DNA of 64,000 nt. Source: Candidatus Altiarchaeota archaeon (lineage in GTDB: Archaea; Altiarchaeota; Altiarchaeia; IMC4; QMZM01). This document shows positions 38,477 through 47,925 of the stretch, one piece after another. The notes beneath the pieces were generated by a model, which saw only the letters and a list, made by a program, of their open reading frames with translations, was not told the origin of the DNA and did not search any database. Location: the NCBI GenBank assembly GCA_016931955.1, contig JAFGDV010000002.1:48471-112470 (forward strand), in the 5' to 3' direction. A program made the translations under genes and the position numbers. The stretch's first letter is position 1, and the number at the start of each line of letters is the position of its first letter.

Positions 38477-40063
38477 ATGTTCTCCAAGTTATTCAATTGG
38501 TTGGTTAAGCGGATGCCGTACACTTCCGCCCTTGTCTTGATCTGTTTTACCTGGGCTATCCTGGTCACCGTCTTCGGAGCCTTACTGGTCATCATCGGCG
38601 CCAGGGAAAATTTTGAGGTTACTGGAACCAGAGACCTATATTTGATGCTCTATTTCGGTGGTGTTTCAATGGCTTCCACCCTCATCCTGATAGAATACAG
38701 CATCCTCCGCGTTTTCGGGATCAGGTTTGAGAGGAAAGAGTTCACTCCACTAAACGACAACATCGTGGACGGTCACTTCAGAGAGAATATCTCAGATGAT
38801 GACCTTGTGAAGGCCTACTATGCTCTCGTCAACCTAACCAAGTGGAAGGAGACACGGGATGTCGTCTATGCTCAGATAGTCGTCTTCGGCGCCGCCTTCG
38901 GGGAGTGGCTTATCAGCGGACAGTTGATGAACGTGCCCATCATCTTTGTAGGCAGCGAAATCGCGGTTTTTTCGCTTTACGTGTATGCTGCCGTCTTCCA
39001 TGACACCATAACCTCTCCAGCTAGGAGGGAATGCAAGCTTCTCATGGCTGAACGAGGAATACCATTCAAAGAAACCCCCATGTTGAGTCTGAGGACTAAG
39101 TCAAGGTTCTTCATTGCCTTGATTGGCTTGGCTCTTCTAGCGATCCTTATCCTGATAAAGCCCTTTAATCCGTTGATTGTGGTCCTCGCCTTGATAACCC
39201 TCGCCATAGTCAGCATGTTAAACGACTTCGTATCTAAGTCTATTCAAACAGAATTTGAGGAGATTAAGGAGTCAGCCCATAGCTTGGCGGAAGGCAAAAA
39301 GGCGCTGTTTTTCTCAGGCAGCTCTGACAGGGAGATGTTTGATCTAACGCAGAGTTTGAATAAAACCGCCGGAGAGATAACAGATTACCAGAGATCCCTT
39401 AAAGAAAAGATAAATGAATTGGAGGAGTATATGTCTGTGGCTTCACACGACCTCCAGCAGCCCCTGGCGACGATTCAGGCTTATACGCAGATTCTTAAGG
39501 TGGTTGAACAGGATGATGAGAAACTGAAGAAAGTCAAGGTCGTTGAATCCCAGGCAGACTTCATGAGGGAGATGCTCAATGATCTACTGGAGTACTCCCG
39601 CGCCAAAAAGACTATGGAATACGAAGAAGTGAAGCTCCATAAAGTCCTTGAGGAAATCAGAGAACACCTGAAAGTGCAGATACAAGAAAAAGAAGCTAAG
39701 ATAATATTCAAAGACATTCCTGAAACAATAATAGGACAACCTAAGAGAATAGAGCAACTATTCCTGAACCTAATAGGCAATGCAATAAAGTACTCAGACA
39801 AACCGATAATAGAAGCAGGCTGCACCGACCGAGAACAGGAATACGAATTCTACGTAAAAGACAACGGAAGAGGAATAGAACAAAAATACCACGAAAAAAT
39901 ATTCAAACCATTCTGGAAGCTCGGCAAAGAACCAGGAACCGGAATGGGTCTCGCAATATGCAAAACCGTGGTCGAAAACCACGGAGGAAAAATCTGGATA
40001 GAATCCACCCCAGGAAAAGGCTCAACATTCAAATTCACAATACCAAAAAAACAGGGGGGATGA
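38477..40063 (+). CDS. Multi-TM sensor histidine kinase (HK1)
   Basis: SHDLQQPL H-box; NLIGNAIKY, DNGRG, GTGMGL; HAMP-like segment. Confidence 0.92.
   Translation: MFSKLFNWLVKRMPYTSALVLICFTWAILVTVFGALLVIIGARENFEVTGTRDLYLMLYFGGVSMASTLILIEYSILRVFGIRFERKEFTPLNDNIVDGHFRENISDDDLVKAYYALVNLTKWKETRDVVYAQIVVFGAAFGEWLISGQLMNVPIIFVGSEIAVFSLYVYAAVFHDTITSPARRECKLLMAERGIPFKETPMLSLRTKSRFFIALIGLALLAILILIKPFNPLIVVLALITLAIVSMLNDFVSKSIQTEFEEIKESAHSLAEGKKALFFSGSSDREMFDLTQSLNKTAGEITDYQRSLKEKINELEEYMSVASHDLQQPLATIQAYTQILKVVEQDDEKLKKVKVVESQADFMREMLNDLLEYSRAKKTMEYEEVKLHKVLEEIREHLKVQIQEKEAKIIFKDIPETIIGQPKRIEQLFLNLIGNAIKYSDKPIIEAGCTDREQEYEFYVKDNGRGIEQKYHEKIFKPFWKLGKEPGTGMGLAICKTVVENHGGKIWIESTPGKGSTFKFTIPKKQGG
39974..40032 (+). 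repeat. Kinase 3' segment repeated identically at about 42013 and 43685, with near copies in HK4/HK5
   Basis: gaaaaccacggaggaaaaatctggatagaatccaccccaggaaaaggctcaacattcaa. Confidence 0.85.
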
Positions 40064-40064
40064 G

Positions 40065-40430
40065 ATGGTTAAGGTTCTCGTAGTTGACGACTATGCTCCG
40101 CTTAGAGAGATTGCAGTCATGATCCTGAAGTCTAAGGGTTTCGATGAAGTGTTTGAAGCGGAGAGCCCGGAGGAGGGGATGAGGTTATTCGAGGAACATA
40201 AGCCAGAGCTTGTCATATTAGATATAATAATGCCTGTCACCAATGGAATAGACTTGGCTGCGGAGATCAAGAAAGTTAATCCAGAAACTAAGGTGGTCAT
40301 GCTCAGTGTCTTGGGCGAGAACACTCATGGAAAGAAACGAGTAGAGGAGGTGGCTGATCTTTACTTGGTGAAACCTTTAACCCATGAAAAAGTCGATAAA
40401 ATCAAGGAGATACTAGACTCAGGGCCTTGA
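40065..40430 (+). CDS. Single-domain response regulator
   Basis: VVDD, ILDIIMP, YLVKP. Confidence 0.9.
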   Translation: MVKVLVVDDYAPLREIAVMILKSKGFDEVFEAESPEEGMRLFEEHKPELVILDIIMPVTNGIDLAAEIKKVNPETKVVMLSVLGENTHGKKRVEEVADLYLVKPLTHEKVDKIKEILDSGP

Positions 40431-40437
40431 TAAAAAA

Positions 40438-42099
40438 ATGTTCTTTAGATTGTTCGAATGGTTGGTGAAGAGGACTCCTTATACCCTAGCATTTATTACT
40501 CTTGGTTTTTCTTGGACTGCATTGGTTGCGAGTTTTGGCGCTTTATTGATTATCATTGGGGCTGATTTTGAAGCCACTGGGACAAGGGATATTTTTCTCT
40601 TGCTTTTGGCGGAAACGGTAGGAATTGCTTCCTTCCTCACCTTCTGGGAATACGGTATCTTCCGGCTTGTTGGGATAAAATGGGAGAGAAGAGAATTCAC
40701 GGTTCTTAACGAGAATATCATCCAAGGTCATTTTCGGCAGGATGTTTCCAATGAAGCGCTTTTAGAGGCCTATGATTCTCTTAAACAAATAACAAGATGG
40801 ACAGTACTCAAAAATATTCAATACGGTCAGATAGTAGCTTCTTTTACTGCCTTGGGGGAATGGTTGTTTAGTGGTCAATTAACAAATGTCCCAATCATAT
40901 TTGTTGGGCTTAACATTGCTACTATTTCACTTTATATATATGGGGCTGTCTTCTATGACTCAATGACCTCCCCAGCTAGGAGGGAGTGTAAGAGGCTTTT
41001 AGCTCAGAGGGGCATTCAATTTGATGAGTCTTCTTTCCTGAGCCTAAGGACTAAATCAAGGTTCTTCCTTACCTTGATAGGCTTCGCTCTTTTAGCAATG
41101 TTGATCATCATCAAGCCATTTAACCCGCTTAGTGTAGTGCTCGCCGTTACTACCTTAGTTATAATCGGCTTACTGAACGACTTGGTATTTAGGTCTATCT
41201 ACATGGAATTCACTGAAGTCGAAGAATCGGCCAAGAATCTAGCGGAAGGCAGGGAAGCATTATTTTTCTCAGGCAGCTCAGACAAAGAAATACTTGACCT
41301 GTCAGAGAGCCTGAATGAAACCGCTCAAGAGATCAGGGAATATGAAAAAGCCCTTGAGGAGGAGAAGGCCTCCCTAGAGATCAAGGTAAAGGATAGAACC
41401 AAGGAGTTGGAGGAGCTAACCAAGAGCCTTGAGGAGAAGGTAGAGAAAAGAACCCATGAGCTCCAAGACAGAATTGAAGAGCTTGAAGAGTATACTTCTG
41501 TTACTTCCCACGACCTGCAACAACCCCTAGCGACAATTCAGGCATATACGCAGCTTAGTGTGCAGAATGCTAAGGTGATTGAGTCTCAGGCGAACTTCAT
41601 GAGGAATTTACTTGAGGACTTGTTAAGCTATTCACGGATAAAGGAGAAGGCGCCCTCCGAAGAAGTAAAACTCCTGGAAGTCTTAGATGAAGCAAAAGAG
41701 CACCTGTCAGCGCAGATACAAGAGAAAGAAGCGGAAATAACACTCAAAGACATTCCAGACACCATCACTGGACAGCCTAAGAGGATAGAGCAACTATTCT
41801 TGAACCTGATCGGGAACGCAATAAAATACACTGATGATAAGCCGGTGATTGAAGTAGGATGCACAGAACAAGAACAAGAATACCTATTCTGGATCAGAGA
41901 CAATGGTAGAGGAATCGAACAAAAATACTTCGAGAAAATATTCAAACCCTTCTGGAAGCTCGGCAAAGAACCCGGAACCGGAATGGGGTTGGCGATCTGC
42001 AAAGCAGTAGTGGAAAACCACGGAGGAAAAATCTGGATAGAATCCACCCCAGGAAAAGGCTCAACATTCAAGTTCACAATACCCAAGAAGAAAACATAG
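40438..42099 (+). CDS. Multi-TM sensor histidine kinase (HK2)
   Basis: TSHDLQQPL; HATPase boxes; extra S-helix repeats. Confidence 0.92.
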   Translation: MFFRLFEWLVKRTPYTLAFITLGFSWTALVASFGALLIIIGADFEATGTRDIFLLLLAETVGIASFLTFWEYGIFRLVGIKWERREFTVLNENIIQGHFRQDVSNEALLEAYDSLKQITRWTVLKNIQYGQIVASFTALGEWLFSGQLTNVPIIFVGLNIATISLYIYGAVFYDSMTSPARRECKRLLAQRGIQFDESSFLSLRTKSRFFLTLIGFALLAMLIIIKPFNPLSVVLAVTTLVIIGLLNDLVFRSIYMEFTEVEESAKNLAEGREALFFSGSSDKEILDLSESLNETAQEIREYEKALEEEKASLEIKVKDRTKELEELTKSLEEKVEKRTHELQDRIEELEEYTSVTSHDLQQPLATIQAYTQLSVQNAKVIESQANFMRNLLEDLLSYSRIKEKAPSEEVKLLEVLDEAKEHLSAQIQEKEAEITLKDIPDTITGQPKRIEQLFLNLIGNAIKYTDDKPVIEVGCTEQEQEYLFWIRDNGRGIEQKYFEKIFKPFWKLGKEPGTGMGLAICKAVVENHGGKIWIESTPGKGSTFKFTIPKKKT

Positions 42100-42109
42100 A
42101 AGATAAAAA

Positions 42110-43774
42110 ATGTTTTATGGGATATTTAATTGGTTTGTGAAGAGGCTTCCGTATAGTCTAGCAGTGATGATCTTCAGTTTTATTTTGAGTGCTTTGATGA
42201 TCGTCTTCGTTGCCTGGTTTATTCTGATCGGGACTGATATTGAGTCTGAAGGAACCGCTGGTGTTGTGATATCCGCTCTTTTCTTGGCAGGGTTTGTCTC
42301 CTTCATATTATGTATCATAGAATACGGTTACGGCATCTCTTTTGGACTGGAGGGGAAAAGAAAGGGTTTCAAGGTCCTCAACGACAACATCATAGAGGGG
42401 CGCATTAGACAGGATATATCTGACCAGGCACTCTTAGAGGTCTACGACGCCCTTAAAAAAATAAACAGGTGGATATTGAGCAGACATATGTTATATGCTA
42501 ACTCCATAGCAACCGCTGGTGCTTTAGCAGAACTGCTGACAAGTGGGAATTTAATGAATGCAGTTATCATTTGGGCTATTGGATTAATCTGGGGCAATAT
42601 AGCAGTCATAACAGGAATCGCCTATGACCTATTCACTCTCCCAGCTAGGCGTGAATGCAAGCTGCTCTTGAATTCGAGAGGCATCCCCTTCAAGGACGAC
42701 GCCTATTTCCTTGGTCTTAGGATTAAATCCGACCTATTCATCATCTTAACTGCCTTTGGTTTGGGTGTGATTTTATTGATTTTCCGCCCAATCACCTGGG
42801 AGCTTGTAGTATCTGCCGCCATCATCCTCCTCACCGTTGTCTTATTAACTAAGCTAGTATTCGAGACCATCTATGCCGCGTTATTGGAGATTAAAGACTT
42901 AGCCAGTGATCTGGAGCATGGAAGGAAGGTTTCTTTCTTCACCGGCAGCTTGGACCGGGAAATCGTGGACCTGTCTAAGAGCCTGAATGTCGCAGCTGAT
43001 GAGATCTACTTTACTAAGAAGGCCCTTGAGGAAGAGAAGACTTCCCTGGAGCTTAAGGTTGAAGATAGGACTAAGGAGTTGAAGGGACTTAATGAGAGCC
43101 TGGAGGAGAAGGTAAAAGAGAGAACTAAAGAGCTTGAGGGGAAGATAGGTGAGTTGGAGGAGTATACCTCCGTCACCTCCCATGACCTCCAGCAGCCACT
43201 TGCTGCGATTCAAGCCTACACACAGCTCACTCAAAAAAATGCTAAGATGATAGAATCCCAGGCGAACTTCATGAGAGAGTTGCTTGAGGACTTGTTAAGT
43301 TATTCACGAATAAAGGAGAAGGCACCCTCTGAGGAAGTGAAACTCCAAGATATATTGAAAGAGGTAAAAGAACACCTGAAAGTGCAGATACAAGAAAAAA
43401 ACGCAGAGATAACACTCAAAGACATACCTGAAACAATAACAGGACAACCTAAGAGGATAGAGCAACTATTCCTAAACCTGATCAGCAACGCATTGAAATA
43501 CACCGACGGAAAAACAACAATTGAGGTCGGCTGCGAGGGGGGAGAGAGGGAATATGAATTCTGGGTGAAGGACAATGGTATAGGAATCGAACAAAAATAC
43601 TTCGAGAAAATATTCAAACCCTTCTGGAAGCTCGGCAAAGAACCCGGAACCGGAATGGGCCTCGCCATATGCAAAGCAGTAGTGGAAAACCACGGAGGAA
43701 AAATCTGGATAGAATCCACCCCAGGAAAAGGCTCAACATTCAAATTCACAATACCCAAGAAAAATGTTCCTTAG
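42110..43774 (+). CDS. Multi-TM sensor histidine kinase (HK3)
   Basis: Same architecture as HK2. Confidence 0.92.
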   Translation: MFYGIFNWFVKRLPYSLAVMIFSFILSALMIVFVAWFILIGTDIESEGTAGVVISALFLAGFVSFILCIIEYGYGISFGLEGKRKGFKVLNDNIIEGRIRQDISDQALLEVYDALKKINRWILSRHMLYANSIATAGALAELLTSGNLMNAVIIWAIGLIWGNIAVITGIAYDLFTLPARRECKLLLNSRGIPFKDDAYFLGLRIKSDLFIILTAFGLGVILLIFRPITWELVVSAAIILLTVVLLTKLVFETIYAALLEIKDLASDLEHGRKVSFFTGSLDREIVDLSKSLNVAADEIYFTKKALEEEKTSLELKVEDRTKELKGLNESLEEKVKERTKELEGKIGELEEYTSVTSHDLQQPLAAIQAYTQLTQKNAKMIESQANFMRELLEDLLSYSRIKEKAPSEEVKLQDILKEVKEHLKVQIQEKNAEITLKDIPETITGQPKRIEQLFLNLISNALKYTDGKTTIEVGCEGGEREYEFWVKDNGIGIEQKYFEKIFKPFWKLGKEPGTGMGLAICKAVVENHGGKIWIESTPGKGSTFKFTIPKKNVP

Positions 43775-45395
43775 ACTATTCAACTGGCTGGTTAAGAAAA
43801 AGGATGTGCCTTATACCTTTGCAGTGATTTTCCCAGGCAGTTCTTTCGCTATCTTGGGTGCTGTTTTAGGCGGCATCATCCTACTCCGCCGAGCCGATTT
43901 CGAGTCTACTGGAACTGGGATGATATTCGTCCTCAGTCTTACCCTTCTGATGACTTTCGTCGTTTCGCGTACGCTTATAAGGGCTGGAGCTCTTAGGGTT
44001 TTTGGAACCATTTTAGGGGAGAGGAGAGAGTTTAGTATCCTTAACGACAACATAATCAGCGGCGTTATTCGTTCTGATGTATCTACCTCAACACTCTTGC
44101 AAGTATATGGCTCACTCACTCAATTGAATAATCATATGATGAGGATGCATCTAAGTGACATATGTGTCGTAGTCCCAAATGTTGCGGCAATAGAGTTCAT
44201 TGCTAGCTGGTTTATCACTGGTAGCTTCCAGCTTACAAATACCTTAATGATACTTTTGGTCGGAGCCATAATAGCTGCCTTAGATATCATCTGCGATCTG
44301 CCGTTGTGGGAGCTGTCGATTTATCCGACCCGGAAGGGATGTAAGACCCTCTTAGCTGAGAGGGGCGTTCATTTCGAAGAAACCCACTTCATGAGCTTGA
44401 GGGCTAAGTCAAGATTCTTCATCATATTGATGGCTATTATATTGTTGGCTATGTGGACACTCGCTGAATCCCCAAACCTTGACCTCATAGTTTTTTCTAT
44501 TATCATCTTATCCCTTACTGTCTTATTAAGCGATATGGTGTTCCAATCATTTTATAAAGCATTCGCTGAGGTTGAGGAATCCGCAAGAGACCTGGCGAAA
44601 GGCAACAAGGTCCTGTTTTTCTCAGGCAGCTCAGACAGGGAAATATTAGATTTGTCAAAGAGCCTGAACATCTCCGCCGACGAAATCTATTCCACCAGAA
44701 AAGAACTTGAACAAGAGAAGCTTTCCCTTCAAGAGAAGATAGATGAACTTGAAGAATATACATCAGTTACGTCACATGATCTGCAGCAGCCGTTGGCGAC
44801 GATCCAAGCCTACACGCAGCTACTTAAGGCTGCGGAAAAGGATGAAGTAAAAAAGAAAAACGTGGACGTAGTAGAGTCGCAGGCAAATTTCATGCGAAGC
44901 CTCCTTGAGGATCTGCTGAATTATTCGAGGATGAAGAAGGAGATGCCTTACGAGGAAGTGGATGTCAAAAAAATATTGGAGGGAGTTAGAGAACACCTCA
45001 ACCCCGAAATAGAGAAAAAAGAAGCGGAGATAACATTCAGAGATTTGCCCGATAAAATCATCGCACAACGAAAGGCGATAACACAACTATTCCACAACCT
45101 CGTAGACAACGCATTAAAGTACTCAGATGAGAAACCAGTGGTGGAGATAGGCTGCGAAGAACGTGAGCAAGAATATGAATTCTACGTCCGGGACAATGGA
45201 ATAGGAATAGAAGAACACTTCCACGAGAAGATTTTTAAACCATTCTGGAAGTTGGGTAAAGAACCCGGCACAGGAATGGGGTTGGCGATCTGTAAAGCCG
45301 TGGTAGAAAACCACGGAGGCAGGATATGGGTAGAATCAGAACCCTGGAGGGGGTCAACATTCAAATTCACAATACCAAAGAAAAATGTTCTTTAA
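43764..45395 (+). CDS. Multi-TM sensor histidine kinase (HK4)
   Basis: H-box and HATPase boxes. Confidence 0.92.
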   Translation: MFLRLFNWLVKKKDVPYTFAVIFPGSSFAILGAVLGGIILLRRADFESTGTGMIFVLSLTLLMTFVVSRTLIRAGALRVFGTILGERREFSILNDNIISGVIRSDVSTSTLLQVYGSLTQLNNHMMRMHLSDICVVVPNVAAIEFIASWFITGSFQLTNTLMILLVGAIIAALDIICDLPLWELSIYPTRKGCKTLLAERGVHFEETHFMSLRAKSRFFIILMAIILLAMWTLAESPNLDLIVFSIIILSLTVLLSDMVFQSFYKAFAEVEESARDLAKGNKVLFFSGSSDREILDLSKSLNISADEIYSTRKELEQEKLSLQEKIDELEEYTSVTSHDLQQPLATIQAYTQLLKAAEKDEVKKKNVDVVESQANFMRSLLEDLLNYSRMKKEMPYEEVDVKKILEGVREHLNPEIEKKEAEITFRDLPDKIIAQRKAITQLFHNLVDNALKYSDEKPVVEIGCEEREQEYEFYVRDNGIGIEEHFHEKIFKPFWKLGKEPGTGMGLAICKAVVENHGGRIWVESEPWRGSTFKFTIPKKNVL

Positions 45396-46968
45396 GTTAT
45401 TCAACTGGCTGGTGAAGAGGGTTCCATATGTATTAGCTGTTTTACTCCCCGTCGACATATGGAGTGTATTAATGGGAGTTCCAGGCTTTGTCCTTATCTG
45501 GGTTCTCGAAATCGATTTAATGGGGAATACCACAACAGGAGGCCAGTTCATCTTTGTCTGGTTTTTCTTTCTTTTCCTTGCCTTCGTGGGGGCTGCTTTG
45601 GAGATGGGTATTCTGAGGCTCTTTGGAATAAAATTTGAGAGAAAACACATAAGGCCTCTTAACGAGAACATCATTGATAATCATATTCGGCCGAATATTT
45701 CAACACCTGAACTTCAACAAGTTTACTTCGCCCTCAATAAGTTCGATAGGTGGGTGATAAAAACGCATATTAGATATGTTTCTGCTGTCGTATTTTGTGA
45801 CGCTTTTGTGATGGGTTTAATTACCGGCGACTGGGATCTTGCCCTCTTCATCTTCGAGGTCGCATTCCTCAGTGGTCCTTTGGCTTTGATATGTGGTATC
45901 CCTCTTTGGGAGTTGTTTGTGGCTCCCGTACGTAAGGAATGTAAGATGCTTCTACGTCAGAGAGGTGTGGATTTTGAGGAAAAGCCGTTCATGAGCTTGA
46001 GGATTAAGTCGAAGTTTTTCACTATCTTGGTTGGTTTTTCTCTTTTGGCGTTCTTAATTCTCCTCCGTTCCTGGGATCCTTTTTTTATAGTATTTACGAT
46101 TATCATCTTACTTATCCTTGCTTTTCTAAGCGACTTGATATTTAAATCAATCTACTCCGCCTTCTTAGAAATCGAGGAATCTGCCAAGAATCTGGCTGAA
46201 GGAAAGAGCGTATCATTCTTTTCAGGCAGCTTTGATAAGGAGATACTTGACTTATCACAAAGCCTAGACGAAACCGCTGGAGAGATAAGAGACTACCAGA
46301 AATCCCTTGAAGAAAAGATAAAGGAGTTGGAGGAGTACATGTCTGTTGCTTCACACGACCTGCAACAGCCCCTTGCTGCGATCCAGGCCTACACTCAACT
46401 TCTTAAATCGGTCGAAATGAACGAAACAGGTAAAAGGAATGTGGGAGTGATTGAGTCTCAGGCAGACTTCATGCGCGATCTACTGAACGATCTGCTGGAG
46501 TATTCTAGGGCGAAGAAGACCATGGAATACGAGAAAGTGAAGCTCAGAGAGGTCTTGGAAGAAGTCAGAGAACACCTGAAAGTGCAGATACAAGAAAAAA
46601 ACGCAGAGATAACACTCAAAGACATACCTGAAACAATAACAGGACAACCTAAAAGAATCAGTCAATTATTCCTGAACCTCATAAGCAACGCAATAAAATA
46701 CACCGAAGGAAAGCCAGTGGTTGAGGCAGGCTGCGTGGAGAGAGAGGAGGAATATGAATTCTGGGTGAAGGACAATGGTATAGGAATCGAAGAGAAATAC
46801 TTCAACAAAATATTCAAACCCTTCTGGAAACTGGGAAAAGAACCCGGAACCGGAATGGGGTTGGCGATCTGCAAAGCCGTGGTCGAAAACCACGGAGGCA
46901 GAATCTGGATAGAATCAGAACCAGGAAAAGGCTCAACATTCAAATTCACAATAGAGAAGAGGAGTTAA
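45385..46968 (+). CDS. Multi-TM sensor histidine kinase (HK5)
   Basis: H-box and HATPase boxes. Confidence 0.92.
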   Translation: MFFKLFNWLVKRVPYVLAVLLPVDIWSVLMGVPGFVLIWVLEIDLMGNTTTGGQFIFVWFFFLFLAFVGAALEMGILRLFGIKFERKHIRPLNENIIDNHIRPNISTPELQQVYFALNKFDRWVIKTHIRYVSAVVFCDAFVMGLITGDWDLALFIFEVAFLSGPLALICGIPLWELFVAPVRKECKMLLRQRGVDFEEKPFMSLRIKSKFFTILVGFSLLAFLILLRSWDPFFIVFTIIILLILAFLSDLIFKSIYSAFLEIEESAKNLAEGKSVSFFSGSFDKEILDLSQSLDETAGEIRDYQKSLEEKIKELEEYMSVASHDLQQPLAAIQAYTQLLKSVEMNETGKRNVGVIESQADFMRDLLNDLLEYSRAKKTMEYEKVKLREVLEEVREHLKVQIQEKNAEITLKDIPETITGQPKRISQLFLNLISNAIKYTEGKPVVEAGCVEREEEYEFWVKDNGIGIEEKYFNKIFKPFWKLGKEPGTGMGLAICKAVVENHGGRIWIESEPGKGSTFKFTIEKRS

Positions 46969-47011
46969 GCTATTTATAGGATAAACCCCAATAAAATATA
47001 TTCTACTCAGA

Positions 47012-47392
47012 ATGGAATCGAAGGTCCTCATAATAACATTGGTAGTCGACGACTATGCTCCGCTGAGGGAAGCTGCTGTCGAGATCTTGAGGTCGAAGGG
47101 TTTCAGAAACATCTTTGAGGCGGAAACCCCTGAGGAAGGTATGGATTTGGTCAGAGAACATAAACCCGACCTCGTCATCTTGGACATAATCATGCCTAGT
47201 ATAAGGGGGATAGATCTGATAGACGACGTCAAAAAGATTAGTCCAGAAACCAAGGTGGTGATGTTGAGCGTTTTAAGCGGAGAAGCCACCATACAGGAGT
47301 CAATGACTAAGGGAGCTGACCTCTATCTGGTGAAACCCTTGACTCCAACAAAAGTCGACGAGATCAAGAAAGTGCTTAGGGTACAAACATAA
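47012..47392 (+). CDS. Single-domain response regulator (paralog of 40065..40430)
   Basis: VVDDYAPLRE, ILDIIMP, ADLYLVKPLT. Confidence 0.9.
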   Translation: MESKVLIITLVVDDYAPLREAAVEILRSKGFRNIFEAETPEEGMDLVREHKPDLVILDIIMPSIRGIDLIDDVKKISPETKVVMLSVLSGEATIQESMTKGADLYLVKPLTPTKVDEIKKVLRVQT

Positions 47393-47405
47393 CATTTCCC
47401 CTGCA

Positions 47406-47918
47406 TCATTTTTTATCGCATACGTAGATGTTCACGCCCTCAATTGAGTTTTTACTGTATTTGCCGAGTTTTTTTAGCTCAGACTCCAGCCACCTGAAGT
47501 CGACCATCTCATACCCAGAGGGATGTGTTTTCTTGAATCTCGTAGCCGAGTAGTCTGCTATCACCACCTTCTCCCTCGCGACCCTGAACATTTCTCGGAC
47601 GCATTTCCCTCGGTCTTCAGAGGCGATGTGGTGAAGCGCTCCATAGCATATCACTGCATCAAATGAGTCGTCAGGATAGGATAGGGAGGTAACGTCCCCT
47701 CTCTTGAAGTCTATTCCACGTATCTCGGACGCTTCGGCCTTCTTCTTATACCTCAGAAGCCTTTTATCGTCTAAGTCTATGGAGGTTACCTTGCAGCCGT
47801 AGTCTCTGACTGCGATGAATGCCAGAGGCCCGGCCCCAATATCCAACACGCTCTTGTTCCATAAATCCGCCTCCCTGAGGACCACAGCCCTCAACCTGAG
47901 TCTCTCTTCCTCATCCAT
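47406..47918 (-). CDS. Class I SAM-dependent methyltransferase
   Basis: VLDIGAG, GDVTSLSYPDDSFDAV, ALHH. Confidence 0.85.
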   Translation of the reverse strand: MDEEERLRLRAVVLREADLWNKSVLDIGAGPLAFIAVRDYGCKVTSIDLDDKRLLRYKKKAEASEIRGIDFKRGDVTSLSYPDDSFDAVICYGALHHIASEDRGKCVREMFRVAREKVVIADYSATRFKKTHPSGYEMVDFRWLESELKKLGKYSKNSIEGVNIYVCDKK

Positions 47919-47925
47919 TTCACGG

